Source: Leptogorgia sarmentosa
Taxonomy: Eukaryota
Direction: 5' to 3'
Length of the DNA: 64,000 nt
Assembly (NCBI GenBank): GCA_964658305.1
Contig: OZ210885.1
Location: forward strand, 6,448,001 to 6,512,000
In this document: positions 25,101 to 40,451 of the stretch, one piece after another
Layout: each line of letters starts with the position of its first letter
How positions within the stretch are numbered: the first letter of the stretch is position 1
Program-made: the position numbers and the translations under genes
The notes under the pieces: generated by a model
Databases searched by the model: none
What the model was told of the DNA's origin: nothing
What the model saw: the letters and a program-made list of their open reading frames with translations, nothing else

Positions 25101-28100
25101 GTATAATACAGATTCTGTATATAAGCATTCTCACTTAGATTATCTATCTTACCCAGCATGTTTTACTTGCATGTAATTTCCTATGCGCTTTTTTTTCATG
25201 CAGTTTACGTTATTTGTTTCTTGCTGGAGAACACTGTGACAATAGCACTTTAAAGTGGGCAAGTAATGTCTTGAAGTGCCCTGTTTTAGACCACTGGTGG
25301 CAAACAGGTAAGTGTTAAGTTTTATAAACAAAAACATTGCAGCCAATAACTGGCCTATTATATACATATACTGTATCCATATATATAGCTTATTGAATGG
25401 TTTGGCATACAATACGGCCTGATATTTTACGAGTTTCGTAAGTAAAATGCGAGAAGCGAGTAAAATACCACCAGGCCGTATTGCATGTCAAACCATTCAA
25501 TAGGGAATTTATTATACGGCAAACAACTGTATTTCTGATAATTTAACATTTATTAGATTAAATGTTAGATTAAACAGTTCGCGTCAGCCATTTTTTGCGT
25601 TTATTGCTTTGTTTCCTGTTTCGAACCGGTTTCAAACCAAACATTAGAATGCCATACGGCTGGGTATCTGCACTCTGTTTTGCCCTTATATGGTAAAATG
25701 ACGTCATTGTCGTATAATAAATATCCATATTACCGTGATAAATTCATAATTGTGAGTTAGTATACTTGTGAAAGTTTAAAAGAAACTCAAAATTTGTGTG
25801 GAAACACAAATCATTCAATCAATCATATTCAAATATTTTTCTTGTTGATTACGTCACGGATTATTGATGACTTTTTAGAGAAATATATTTTGGTGAAGAA
25901 TCTAAAACGCTCTTTGACCAAATATTAAATTTTATTTATGAGCTTTCGGTTACCAGTCTGTAACCTTCAACGGATAGACGACTACGTTCACCTATCCGTT
26001 CATCTATCCATTGAAGGTTAGGGTTAGGGTTAGATTTGGTCAGAGAGCGTTTTATATTCTTCACTATGTTTAATCCTGGCCATGCATCTTCTATTTTTTT
26101 AAATATATTTTATTTTTTATTGTAGTCAGTTTATGTAGCAGTTACTCAGATTAGCCAGATGTAGAAAGTGTGTTGTACGTGAGGTAAAAGCCTAATATCT
26201 AATGAAGTCTGGTAGGTACACATGAATTGTGGAATTTTTAATCATGTAGAAATGAATTTTCACTGACGTTTTCGACAATGTTAACGGTAGCTCAGTTCGA
26301 GGTGCGATGTTACCCTTTAAGATAATGACCGCATGCGCAGGGCCGTCGCTAGAACGTTAATTGGGGGGGGGGGGGGGTGTATATTCATATTTTGGCGTTC
26401 TGCCGACTGATTTGTTTTGAAATCAGTTGTTTATGAATTAATTTCTAAAGAAATCAGTCGGCAGAACGCCAAAATTTGAATATGCACCCACCCAATTAAC
26501 GTTCTAGCGACGGCCCTGCGCATGCGCCCACTTCGGTTTAACCATCCATTTCATGCAGTAAAACCTCTTTATATATATATTTTTGTAGAGACTGGTTGGC
26601 CAATTACAGCTCATGCTGTAGGGCTCGGAGACGTGGCTGCTGAACATTTGCAAACCACAGGAAGACCTGTGCCTGGCTACCATGGTATTTCAGAGTTATT
26701 TTTTCGATTTTAGTCTTCGCAGTCGTTGATTCATAATTCACATCCAGGTGTTAAATGATCTTAACCCCAATGCCAGCCAATTTTTGCCCGGGTGCTGGTA
26801 GAAAAATGATAGTTTGGTTGTTAAATGCTTGACCAATAAACGCACTCTCTATAGAAATCCGCACTATTGTCTAAACGTGTGTCTTTTGACAGTTGAATAA
26901 TTGAATAGTACATGAGCCACAGAAGTATTTACATATATGTAAATATAACAACACATGTTTGTGGTGCTGCTCGTCAGAAGCTAATTTGAATTTCAAGGGG
27001 TGTAATAACCCGACATTTAACAACAAAAGAGTGATTTCTATAGAGGGCACTTTGTTTGGGACGCCTTGTGAGGCCCGTTCACACAAGCGATTTTTTGCTG
27101 CGATTTTGTCCTTTTGATAGATTTCAAGGAGTGGGTTAATAACGAATGTGCTGAGTGCTTCCTCACATGAACATTCGTGATTGGTTTACTCGTTCACATG
27201 CGTCAAAAGGAGGAATCACACTAGAAATCGCCCGTGTGAACGAGCCTATAGAGAATTTTCAGGGACATGTCTAGGGTTCATGGAGAGGGAGTTTAAAATT
27301 AATGCAAACGGATTAATTTGGATTTTTTTTAGTTCGTGTTATCCATTCAGATTTAACCTCTTGCAAGAAAGGAGAAATGGGACAAGTTGTTGTTCGGTAA
27401 TGTAAATGAATGAATGTGAAAAATGAGTTCTTTGTCAGATTTTTTTGCCCGCAGCGGCGGAGTGGGAAACGGACTTGATTTGTGGTGGCTTCGGGACAAT
27501 AGCGGAATTGCAATGTGAAATCTAGATAGAGACACACGAAGTATACATGAAGTATACACAAGCCTTGTAATTTAAAAAAAAGATGAAAATCTGCATAACA
27601 TTTTGAAGGAACGACATCATATTTTCTATAAATTCGAACAATTTTAAAATGTGAATTTCAGAATTTATTTGTTTACAGTTATTTCACATTATCAATGCGC
27701 AGCAATCTGTATCAACTAAGTATGAATATATTAGGGGGAAAATTACCTCAATTAAGTCGTTTTTATTCAAGCCGAGGGCAGTTTCCAATTTGTCCAATCT
27801 ATCAAATGACATCAATATAACATTGAAGAAAATTTGAGTAGCATCTTCAAGCAAATATTCTAACTACAGTATATTCTGATTCTTCATGAAATTGATATTT
27901 TTTGACATCTTTTGTAGACTTCCAATGCCACCTGGAGTTGCATCTACGCTTTGGAAAAATGATACGAGGTTTCTTGAAAGCTATTTTGAAAAATATCCGG
28001 TAATAATTCCAAAGTTTTACCTTTGAACAACTCTAGTTTTTGTTAAAGCCAGACGTGAACTTAATGAGTATGTTTTGCAACTAAAATGACAATAGTATTT

Positions 28101-31100
28101 TATTTTCAGGGTCACTATGACTCGATGGATGAAGGTATAATGGACTTCAGTGGTTGTATATCGATAATGACAAGAGCTGATGACGTCATCAATGTAGCAG
28201 GTCATCGTTTGTCGACTAAAGCTATTGAAGAGGTACAATGTTGTTTGTATTCCATAGTTTAGCACCTACAATGATGGGTAAATGTAATTGACCAGGTTTA
28301 AAAAGATATAGTGACCAACATGTCATTCCAGTGGCAAAAAATACTCTGATTTGAGTTTTGACTTGATTCTTGATTCATAGCGTTCTTTGCGTTTGCAGTG
28401 CAATTTAAATTTCTGAAAGCAAGATATGCTAGGTGGGCTATTTTAGTTTGAGACCTGGTCGTAGAACAAAATCTAACTTATGCCTCGAAACAGATTTACA
28501 CCAACTTATCGTCACTGATAAGAAGTATTTTGCTGCTTCATGGTAACCATTGGCGTAAAATCACGGCATGTTGTTGGCTTGGTGGAATTTGGTTCCAAGG
28601 TAGCAGACAGTTGAAACAGTCCATTTAGCATCCTCATGTTGTCAAAAATAAATTGCACTGCGAAAATCACTGTTCAAGAATTCCTATTGTATATTTCTGG
28701 GATAAAACGTTGAGTTTGTATGCACTCTAGAAATTTTTTTCTATTCTAAAAATTGATGAATTAGTAAATACAAATCGTAAATACAAATCAAGATGACTAA
28801 TAGTAAATCGTAAATAGTAAATCGAGATGACTAATGAATTCGGAAAGCAATCCACAACATTCCACTTCGCCAACAAGCTTTTTAGAGTGTTAGTTACAAC
28901 GTATACAAAGGAAGCATAAATTTAGTTACGTAATTTGGTGATGCTATGCAAATTATTATCTTTATTCGTTTGTTTCGAAATTGGTTTTTTGAACCGTTAA
29001 ATTCTGAAATATTTTCAAGCATTATATAGTCGAGTCCAGTGTCTAACCCGATGAAGACACTAAACTGGAGTGACGAAAAGTTGAGTAGCAGGGAATGCAA
29101 TTCCTTTGGACTTTGCATGCAATCATTTCAATAAAATCAGAGCAGCCAGCAAAACAAAATCAGTATATTACCCTTGATTGACGTGAAAATAGAAACGTTA
29201 TATGTACGTATCTCAGTGAATCTTGTAGTGTCAACTTTTTAGTATACATGCAAAACCTTTTTCATTAGGCATTGCTTAAAGACGAAGACGTTATTGACGC
29301 AGCAGTAGTTGGACTTGACGATGATATCAGAGGTCACGTGCCATATGGGTTCATTGTTTTGAAAAAAGGTAGTTAATGTTTCAAAATTCGCTTAGTGACA
29401 TAGGTTGCTTAGCAACGTTGTGGAAATTCCCGTGCTATATCAGATCTGAAACTCAAAATCTCATAAGTCGTATCTCATAAGCACTAAAAGTTCATTTCTG
29501 TTTTCAAGCCATTTAAAACACTCATAGTATTTTGTTAATTGTAGGGATCGAAAAGTCGCATGACGATATTATCAATGATGCTATACAGGCAGTTCGTGAA
29601 CACTTGGGACCTGTTGTAGCATTTAAATCAGCACTCATCGTTCCAGGACTGCCAAAGGTAAATATCCAACTGTCTTGTGTGTTCTGCTTGCGCTCGCATG
29701 TGGTGAGGTTGTATCTACATTCTACAGTGCATAAAAAAAACTTAAGATAATTGAAATCGCTCTTGACTTCGCAAAGTGGCAGGAGATACAAGTTTTTTTT
29801 AAGTTTATGTAGATTGCTTCAGTACATAACATAATGCAGAATAAACGAGAGAATTCTGAAATTTAAATTTTCAAAACTCAGGGGTGTTTTTATTTTCCAA
29901 CAGCTTAAAATTAATGCTTGAAAAAATTTTGAGTTGGTGGATGGTTGATTTGCTGGGTGTTGTATTAAGCCCGTTTTCCACTAGGCTAAAATTTTCGCGC
30001 GAACAGAGAAAAAACCAACTTGATTGGGTGGCAACAAACACTTACGACACCACCACCCAATCACGTTTGCTTTTTGCTTGTTCGCGCGAAAAAAACCTCC
30101 ATGTGGAAAACGGGTTTTAGGCAGCTTCAGAAAACACAACGCGACATCAAAGAGGACGTAAAAATGGTGTGCGTTATGTCCTCGCTCGCGTCGCCCCGTT
30201 CGAGGAAGTGGAAGCATGGAATTGAGGCGGCAATATAAGCCATCTTCAGGCACTTCACACAAGCGAAAGAGTTTGTAGCTACTGCCACTTCTGGCCGCTT
30301 TGTGTTATCGTCCAATATTCGTAACAGCAAACTTCATATTTTTATCTTGAGTCTTCTTCGCATTATGTATAACTAGTATAAGCCATAGAAACAATAGATA
30401 TATGGAAGTCATGTCACCAATGGTTTTTGCGCTTGCCCTTGTAAGTCCGTTGTATTCAATTGAAAACAATCTCACTTGTCGCAAATGCGCGAAATTCCTT
30501 TGTCACAGGAGATTGGGACTAGCTAAAATGCCCTTAAGGTCGGTTTACACTGTACAACTTTTGGTTACAATTGTCGCTTACTTAAAGCATGCTTTCAAAA
30601 CGCTACAACTTTTTTCGTGTTGTATCGAACTGTCGTAGCGAGTTGTAGGGTACATTGTACATTTCGTGTGATAAGCGCATTGCATGCGACAGTTGTAAGC
30701 AAAAGTTGTACAGTGTAAACCGGCCTTAATAAATCCACTATTTTGTGGTGACAAATTTTTGACTGGGAAAACATGAGTACGCGTTCTATGTCGATCATTT
30801 CTATATCATTTCTATCGTTTATGTAATAATTGCTGAATATGGAAAATTTTCCTTGTTGAATTTTTCTTAGACGAGATCCGGAAAAACATTGCGTTCTCCG
30901 CTACAGAAAATAATAAATGGTAAAGAGTACAAGGTAAATTTGCTGAAATTTAATGATATGACGTTGTATTTTGTTTAATTTTCGCTGCCAAGTGTAAATG
31001 TGTAATAGCCATTCCTCATCACGATCGTTTCGCCTGCGAGGATGGAGCGAACGTTTTTTTGAAAAAGCTCCGTGGCCGTCCTCACTCTTGCGTGCACACT

Positions 31101-32044
31101 TGGCTATTAGGGACCTTAAGCATGTAGGACGGGAACGTCACGAAAACGACAAACTAAATCGTTGAAGTAAATGATTGTTTGAGAATGCTTGTCCCGTATG
31201 AGTATCTCCCCTATGAAAAATAATTCTCCTAAGGATCAATGTTAACGCTGAGCATATGACTGAAAAGTAAGAGTTTAGGGCGCAACTGATAACAGTAGTT
31301 GTACCAGTTTCAATCTCGTACCGTGAGCCTGCGATCTTCGGGGAAATAATCTGACCCTAGCCCTGGTGTCTAATTATGTTGGTGTATATTTGGTGACTGT
31401 GTGTCATGGAATTATAACCAATCGAAGGCTCTGGGATAATCCATGAATTTGTGCGAATCTGATTGGCTGTTGAGACGTTATTTCGCAATAATAAACAACA
31501 GTGGCGGTCGAAATAAGAGTGTGACACTGTTGCAATTCAATACAATACAATATACAGTCGTAAACCTATAAAGGAAAGAGTTTCTTATTCACTAAATGTT
31601 CATGCAATGACATTTAACCGCATGTGCATTTGGGTCGACGTACAGAAATCTGCCCTCGCCACATGGATTATCTCAGAGTCTCGATTCTTCGCCGAAGATC
31701 GCAGGCTCAGGGTACGAGATCTAGACAAGTAACTCCCGCAAGTATTCCAATTAATTCATTCCTTAATATGATATGAATAACTGACATAGTTGTTCAACTT
31801 CTTATTGAAGTTCTTAATGAGTGTGTTCTTTACGATTATCAAAAAGAGTAAAATTGAAGCTAGACTGCACTTTGCTTAAGCTCCCTATTCACACACTTGA
31901 GAACGGCCTTAATCAATCTTCCATTTTCTATCAGTTGAATGATAACTTTTTTGCTTGTAGCTGCCAGGAACTGTAGAAAATCCGGAGATTTTCGATGTAA
32001 TAAAAGATTTGCTGAAAAAGGAGGGTTATCCTAGAGAAAGCTGA
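13166..32044 (+). CDS. ACSS3: Acyl-CoA synthetase short-chain family member 3 (propionate/acetate-CoA ligase), mitochondrial; 19 exons, 679 aa
   Basis: Exons 13166-13440, 18244-18388, 18908-18991, 19628-19732, 20076-20207, 20963-21103, 21506-21586, 23224-23319, 23905-24015, 24267-24307, 25204-25307, 26589-26684, 27333-27396, 27918-27999, 28110-28232, 29269-29368, 29545-29657, 30871-30933, 31961-32044. All introns GT-AG; total 2040 nt in frame. Motifs [53 protein letters not shown] and PKTRSGK; Arg-rich N-terminal transit-like peptide. Confidence 0.92.
15846..16092. mobile_element. P-element-like MITE with 7-bp TSD (ACSS3 intron 1)
   Basis: 32-bp TIR CACAGAGTATATATCATACAGAGAT(A/G)TAACTG. TSD CCTTCTA at 15839-15845 and 16093-16099. 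Confidence 0.8.
17320..17765. mobile_element. Degenerate fold-back MITE
   Basis: Long imperfect inverted arms, e.g. CATCATTTAGAAATACATAC vs GTATGTATTTCTAAATGATG and CACTACCACAGAATAC vs GTATTCTGTGGTAGTG. No TSD resolved. Confidence 0.6.
18533..18739. mobile_element. PIF/Harbinger-like MITE (second copy at 30537-30726)
   Basis: TIR AGGCCGGTTTACACTGTACAACTTTTG in TTA/TAA context; the two copies share their internal sequence. Confidence 0.75.
20567..21022 (+). repeat. Tandem triplication of the intron-5 3' end plus the first ~57 nt of ACSS3 exon 6
   Basis: Three copies of ...AAATTATCCCT...GAAG(G/T)AACTAT...AGATATA(A/G)AATGGAATGATGTGATGGCC. Only the third copy continues into the rest of the exon. 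Confidence 0.85.
21250..21398 (-). mobile_element. tRNA-derived SINE, 5'-truncated
   Basis: The minus strand reads GACTAGCAAACCAAAGGTCGCAGGTTCGATTCCCAC (anticodon-like loop and B box GGTTCGATTCC) followed by a non-tRNA body. No A box or acceptor stem. Confidence 0.65.
22202..22790. mobile_element. Non-autonomous element with 8-bp TSD (P- or hAT-like)
   Basis: TIR CATTGAACTAAAATAT(T)ATGGAATGCTA. TSD ATATGATC at 22194-22201 and 22791-22798. Confidence 0.8.
23600..23870. mobile_element. CAC...GTG MITE with internal ACAAGTTGT-type repeats
   Basis: Termini CACTCGTAAAAA / TTTTTACGTGTG flanked by TA. Confidence 0.65.
24863..25091. mobile_element. MITE (Harbinger/ISL2EU-like)
   Basis: TIR AGGCTGCTTTC(A/C)AGTTACGCGTTTT. 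Confidence 0.65.
26338..26518. mobile_element. hAT-like hairpin MITE (related, interrupted copy starting near 32419)
   Basis: TIR CAGGGCCGTCGCTAGAACGTTAATTGGG. 8-bp TSD CGCATGCG at 26330-26337 and 26519-26526. The whole element is nearly palindromic. Confidence 0.85.
27071..27247. mobile_element. PIF/Harbinger-like MITE (related copy at 33068-33270)
   Basis: Termini AGGCCCGTTCACAC / GTGTGAACGAGCCT. Confidence 0.6.
29968..30116. mobile_element. PIF/Harbinger-like MITE
   Basis: Termini AGCCCGTTTTCCAC / GTGGAAAACGGGTT with TTA on both sides. Confidence 0.65.
31108..31887. mobile_element. Nested MITEs in the last ACSS3 intron (inner element ~31311-31722)
   Basis: Outer termini TAGGGACCTTAAGCA / TGCTTAAGCTCCCTA. 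Inner IR ATCTCGTACC(G/C)TGAGCCTGCGATCTTCGG. Confidence 0.6.
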
Positions 32045-32553
32045 ATTCGCTGTTGGCGGCAGCGATTGATATAAATATCCAAATTTAATGATGTGGGATT
32101 ACTTGAATATATGATGAGAAAGAGAACCTGGCTTATGGTCAGAAATTATAAGCATACTATATGAGACTGGTTATAACGTGAGGGGAGAAATTATAGGTTA
32201 TCAATTTATTTGAGGTTTTAGGCGTTAAGATAAGATTAAAGGCTGCCTTCTAATTAGTCGGCGACCGTCGTCGATTTTACTATTTTACTGTAATGCCTGT
32301 CGCTGGGGCTAATTTCGAGACGATTAGGCACCACCGAGATGGTCAGACACATGTTATATTACATGAACGGCAGTGGCATTAGAATAGGCATTATGATAAT
32401 TTTAAATAGGAAATAAGGCAAGGCCGTAGCTAGAGCGTTAATTGGGGGGGGGTATTCATACATTCGTGTTCTGCCTGATGGATTTCTTTTGAAATCAGCT
32501 GTTTTTGAATTAATTCTAAAAGAAATCCGTCTGGCAGAATATGAATATATGAA

Positions 32554-32836
32554 TTTAGTAGAATCATACTCGTATACTATTGCAAATGCTGCAATTTGAT
32601 TGGCTACTCTACTCGATATCTATTCCTCGATAGATAGCGAGTAGCAAAATATGTGAATTTTCGTTCAAGAAAATGTCTTCTGAGACTCGTTTTTAAATTA
32701 TTTTTTGCAATATTTTCATGTTTGATCTCTGATTCTACTAAAACAATTAGATTACTCGCTCTCGATTTCTACGAGATGATAGTTGATTCGGGCTTCGCCC
32801 TCAATCGATTCGAGCTCGTAATCTAATTGTTAAATA
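32554..32836. mobile_element. Double-inverted-repeat non-autonomous element (Crypton-like); further copies at 37125-37417 and 37660-37959
   Basis: Three near-identical ~285-bp copies with two abutting IR pairs, TTTAGTAGAATC/GATTCTACTAAA and ACAATTAGATTAC/GTAATCTAATTGT. No TSD. The Crypton affinity is an inference from architecture. Confidence 0.6.
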
Positions 32837-33760
32837 TCCCCCCTCCCGCCAAGAGCTGGAGCAGTCTTTTATGATGCAGCGTTTGTTCAAAAAAAAACTT
32901 GACATAAGACAAGTAAATGACATTTTAATCCCAAATGAACCAGATCTTTTTCAGTTGAAATGAGTGTATTTCAAAGCCCTGGCAATGGTTTTTTTATTAT
33001 CCATAATAATATAAAGATTTTTAAAGATTTTTTTTCAAATTTTTTTTTCGCAAATTTTTTCCCGTTAAGGCCCGTTGACACTTGCAACGTTCGCTTCGAT
33101 TTCTAGTGCGGCTTCTCCTTTTCATGGATGTGAACGAGTAAACTAGTTACAAATGTTTTGGTGAGGAAAAATGCACTCAGCCCTTCGTTATTAATCCACT
33201 CATTCACATCCGTCAAAAGGAGAAAATCGCACTAGAAAACGCAGTGAAAGTTGCAAGTGTAAACGGGCCTTTAGCAAGCGAAAGCATCCCATGCGTATGG
33301 CAAGCAGGCTTCCACTTTGAGTACTTACTATTTTCATATCTAAACTTTGTATTTCCATATATGAACATAGTATCTGTATCAACTTAGTATCTTCATTTAT
33401 TATATGACTATAGAGATTTACATGCAATAGAGCGGCGAAATAAAATTCGTATCTCACTGCATCCGATATTTTTACACGTGAAATTTGCCGTATGCACGTT
33501 TTGATTGGCTGACGTTTTTTTGCCTCCACCCGTTCGCAGGCTAGTGTAAACGTGGGGTCCGATTTTGCGAACTGACTTGGGAGAGAGATTTATGGCATTT
33601 TCACCAATGTTCACTGATAAAACAATCACGTAAGGTCGTGAACATTCATGGCTTCATTAAAGCACCTGCTTTCGTTTTCTGCAAGAAAACAAAGCAATAA
33701 GGGGTGAGAAATTTTATATTAAAATATTTCGCTCGTGTTGTGTTTGTCATTGTCCCATGC

Positions 33761-35766
<2,006 letters not shown>

Positions 35767-35929
35767 ATGCAAGATTATCTTAATGAGATTCTCTTTTTGC
35801 TTACTGAAGGGCAAATGGTGTATAAATTTTCAAGTGACTATAACATTTCCTGCAATCTGATTGGTTAAAATTTGCTGTCTCTGGTGTTATAGTCACTGGG
35901 CAGTGACTATAACATAATTAAAATTCAAA

Positions 35930-36041
35930 ATGGCCGCTCGGTTTGCTGAAGTTTCGCAGGAGGAAATTGACAAAATTAAACAAGAAAGCATCCCCAAGAA
36001 AGTTAAACAAGCGACAAAATATGGTTTAAAAATCTTTCAAA
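35930..36041 (+). pseudogene. Orphan first exon of a Crypton-type (DUF3504-like) tyrosine recombinase
   Basis: MAARFAEVSQEEIDKIKQESIPKKVKQATKYGLKIFQ followed by a GT donor. Resembles Crypton YR N-termini (RF..S.EEI...T...F); no downstream exons seen. Confidence 0.5.
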
Positions 36042-36072
36042 GTAAAATATTTTATTTATTGTTATTTTCATG

Positions 36073-36880
36073 CATAGGCGTACGAGGCGGGGGGGCGGGG
36101 AGGGCTGCAGCCCCCCCCAAATTTTGGGAAAGGTTGATTTTTTTGGGCACTGAAGGAAAATTTGGGCAAGTGTTTGTAGGTTGGCCTATTTTTGTTACTG
36201 TATGAAATTTATTTATCGACAATAACCATACGTTGATTCTTCTCTCTTTGGTTTACGTTCAGCTTGGGGGTGGGGGGAGCAAAAATCCTTGATTCTAGAG
36301 TTAGTCTCTGAAATGGCTATTTCCGGCGATCTAGAGACCCTAATGTTCAAAATTTTCTCGTCGGGTGAGGTTCGCCGCCCCCAAATGTTGGAAATGTTCC
36401 TACGTCCCTGTGTCACTGTTTTATGAATTGAACCCGAAGTTCTCGCAACATGCAAGAATCACTTATTTGAAATGCTTCCAGAGTTTGCTCAACTAATGAT
36501 AAAGTCATACCAGCCGCAGCCTGCAGAACGTTCATTCAGTGCCCTTCGCCGACCGAAAACATGCATACCTCCGCAATACGATGAGTCAAACGCGGGTGAA
36601 GAACATCGCATATGCAAACACTGTCATGAATGATGCGATTGAGCGCATTATTGGCATATTTGGCAGCAGAAAGAGTAGAAACAGTTTCTTTTTTTGAAGC
36701 GCACATCTTAATAGCGCGATATACGTTAATCGCGAACGAACGCAATAATTATATATTATAGAACAGTGGAATTCGTATTTAGTTATTTGTTTAAATACAT
36801 AATAATTTTTGGGCAATGTGGAATTTTTTGGGCAAATAGGCTCCCGCCCCCCCAGAATTTACCGGTCCCGTACGCCCATG
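36073..36880 (+). mobile_element. Internally deleted hAT element related to 4353-5192
   Basis: Termini CATAGGCGTACG / CGTACGCCCATG. 8-bp TSD TTTTCATG at 36065-36072 and 36881-36888. Retains the remnant ERSFSALRR...LRNTMSQTRV. Confidence 0.88.
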
Positions 36881-38729
36881 TTTTCATGCAACAAACCTGG
36901 CTTTTTTCACTAGCAAAGTAGTGATATGAGCGTGAATTATTTTATGTAAACAAACTATAAGCAAAGTAAACAAAACTTGAATAAAATCAGTTTGACTTGG
37001 GAATTTATACTAAAAACTAGAATTTATACTGGAATTTATGTTAACTTAGACGACGGCTGAAACTGAGTAGCCAATCAGAATGTAGCATTTGTAATAGACG
37101 ATGGTTGGGTGTATACTAAAACACTTTAGTAGAATCATACTCGTATACTATTGCGAATGCTGCAATGTGATTGGCTACTCTACTCAATATCTATTCCTCA
37201 ATAGATAGCGAATAGCAAAATATGTGAATTTTCGTTCAAGAAAATGTCTTCTGAGACGCGTTTTTAAATTATTTTTTTTTGCAATATTTTCATGTTTGAT
37301 CTCTGATTCTACTAAAACAATTAGATTACTCGCTCTCGATTTCTACGAGATGATAGTTGATTCGGGCTTCGCCCTCATCTCGTAGAAATCTCGAGCTCGT
37401 AATCTAATTGTTAAATAGAAACACGAGGATTTTCACGCGGGTTGCGTGGATTGCGCGGGAAATTAAAAAACAAAATGAATCTTTGAATGAATGCAATTAA
37501 AATCAATAAAATTATATTTTTTATTGTTTTTAAAAGGCTATTTAATAAAAGAAATAGAAAACATTTTTTCCGTGTTCCTATTAAGAATTATAAAATAGCC
37601 TTTTAAAAACACGGGCGTTGATTGGTCGAGAGCTCAAAAAACCCGTGTTTCTAGAACACTTTAGTAGAATCATACTCGTATACTATTGCAAATGCTGCAA
37701 TTTGATTGGCTACTCTACTCGATATCTATTCCTCGATAGATAGCGAGTAGCAAAATATGTGAATTTTCGTTCAAGAAAATGTCTTCTGAGACGCGTTTTA
37801 AAATTATTTTTTGCAATATTTTCATGTTTGATCTCTGATTCTACTAAAACAATTAGATTACTCGCTCTCGATTTCTACGAGATGATAGTTGATTCGGGCT
37901 TCGCCCTCATCAACTATAACCGCATAGAAATCTCGAGCTCGTAATGCAATTGTTAAATAGAAACACCATATGAGAAACACGAGGATTTTCGCGCCGGTTG
38001 CGTGGATTGCGCGGGAAATTAAAAAACAAAATGAATCTTTGAATGAATGCAATTAAAATCAATAAATTTATCGTTTTTTATTGTTTTTAAAAGGCTATTT
38101 AATAAAGGAAATAGAAAACATTTTTTCCGTGTTTCTATAAGTTATAAAAACACTTGTGTAAGTTTGGGAGAAACTCGAAAATGTGTGGAAACACTCGCAC
38201 TTCGTGCTCGTGTTCCCACGGAATTTCTCGTTTCTCCCAAACTTCCACGCGTGTTTCTATAACTCTATACACGGAAAATGTTTTCTATTTCTTAAATAGA
38301 AATTAACTTACAAAAGCAGGAAATAGAATACTTATCTCCATTGTTCACAAAGACAAAAACAATTACTTTCATAGGCCCCCGTTTGCGCTCAATAAATTTA
38401 ACAGCCCATTTGGCTTGAGATGTTGTGTAAACAACTCGTTTCTCGTGTTTCATCAGGGGGACCAAACACTCAAAAACAATGAAACACTTGCACATCGCGC
38501 TCGTGTTCCATACCGTTTTCTCGTGTTTGGATCCCCTGATGAGACACTCAAACTCGTTGTTTACATATAACATCATAACTTCGCAGCTCATTATCGTCAA
38601 CGTTTTTCGAAAAAACATTTTAGAAAGACAAGTTGAATTTTTTTCGCATGCGGCACACAGACGTTTACTGAGTCATACTATACAGGGTCAGGGTGTGTAA
38701 AAAAGTAGACCTTTCAAATGGACCAATTG

Positions 38730-39100
38730 CATAGGCAAAATTTATAAAATGTTCGAAATAGTACAATTCATAACGATAGCGTGAAAGAGCATCCCAAAAT
38801 TAAAAAAATTGTAAAGTTTGGGTGCAAAATTTTGTAAAATACGGAAAATATAACCGTGCAAAGTAGGGAAAATCTGTATACTTTGTATTACGTGCGTGAA
38901 TTGCTAACTAAATTAGTTACTTCATTTCGCACGTAACAAATGTATACAAATTTGCCAGTTTCGCACGGTTATATTTTCCGTATATTACAACATTTCGCAC
39001 CCAAACTTTGCCATCTTACTAATTTTGGGATGCTCTTTCACTCTATAGTTATGAATTGTACTATTTCGAACTTTTTAAAAATTTTGTCTATTATGCATTA
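38730..39100. mobile_element. Fold-back MITE (relatives near 17940-18210 and 24540-24830)
   Basis: Inverted arms TTCGAAATAGTACAATTCATAAC..AAAGAGCATCCCAAAATT..AAAGTTTGGGTGC and their reverse complements. Confidence 0.65.
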
Positions 39101-39651
39101 AAATTTCTAAAGCTTGTATTATTTTGAATGCTAGGTTCGAACTAATATTGGTCTATAAAAACATGTGGCTTTTATACTTGTGGCAATTGAAATGCCTGGG
39201 GGAACTTAACCGTGTTGTATTTGCCTTTTGTTTCCGTCATTTTCATGACGGCACTAATGACGGTTTGACATGGGCGGGGGTGATGATCTTGTTTGGGGGG
39301 GCACATTATTGTTTGCCCGACAGGACCTGTCGAACTACATTTGAAGTGGGGGGGGGGGAGGCTGACAGAAAAGGGAGGGCGAAGCTCACGAGGCGCCACC
39401 ATGGTTGGCGCCGAGCGAGAAAATTTTAAATATTATGAGTCTCTAAATCGTCGGAAATGGCATTTTCAAGGTATCATTATACCTCTTTCGTTATGTAATA
39501 CATATTTGATCTGAAATACTTGAGCTTTGGAATTAGAATACTTCATATAGGATGTTTTAGAGGATAATAATTTTCATCGTATTGTTGATGTTATATTGTC
39601 TAATAAAGTTAATATTCTATCAACTATGATGGAGTTATGTTTGCCCGAACG

Positions 39652-40232
39652 ATTATTATTATTATTATTATGATTATTATCAAATCTTATTTAATCACGG
39701 TAGCCTTTCAGAAGTACATCTGTTTTTCAAAGGGCCGTGAGTTCATTAAAATATTTACATAATTGAAGAGAAAAAGAGAAAAAAAAAAGAAGGAGAAAAG
39801 GAAATCTAAACACGAGAAAAACAGGCCACTCACACACACTATTTACATGGATACAATTAATTGCTCTATAGATCAGGATCATGATCAGGATCATGATCAG
39901 GATCAGGATTAAGACATATGTTTTATGACATTCTTAAAGGAGTTGACAGAGACATCTTCTATTAATACTTGATCAATAATATGATTAGGTAGGTTATTCC
40001 AATTCATAGCTCCTCGATAGGGAAAGCTATTTTTTAGAAAATTTGTCTTTGGCTTAGGTAGGTAAATATTTCTGCTGTTGCTACGTAATTGATGGTTGCT
40101 GTTTTCGTTCAAGTTAATTGTCTGCATTAGGTATTCGGGCACTAGGCCTTTAAGGGCCTTAAATATCATTACAAGATCGCGCTCGTCTAAGTTGTCTTTT
40201 ATAGGTCTCCAGTTTAAAGTTTCAAGCTCAAT
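39652..40232 (-). mobile_element. 3' fragment of a CR1/L2-group LINE with (AAT)n tail
   Basis: ORF2 C-terminus LETLNW...FKALKGLVPEYL...SFPYRGAMNWNNLP, followed by a 3' UTR and an (ATT)n run on the plus strand. Confidence 0.75.
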
Positions 40233-40451
40233 TGGATTCGAGCTCAATTGCCCGACCGTGAACGGTTTGGGGGGGCACAGGCCCCCCCGTGCCCCCCCGG
40301 CCCGTACGCCCATGCGGTTTGACCATTACATTTGAAAACCAAAAGTATTTTGAAAAAGGTATTTTTTTCCCATAGACAGTTGTCTTGTCTACCCACTTGA
40401 AAATAGTAACAGTTGGTAGCTTCATTTTCTATCTTCGCTTCCAGACAGTTT

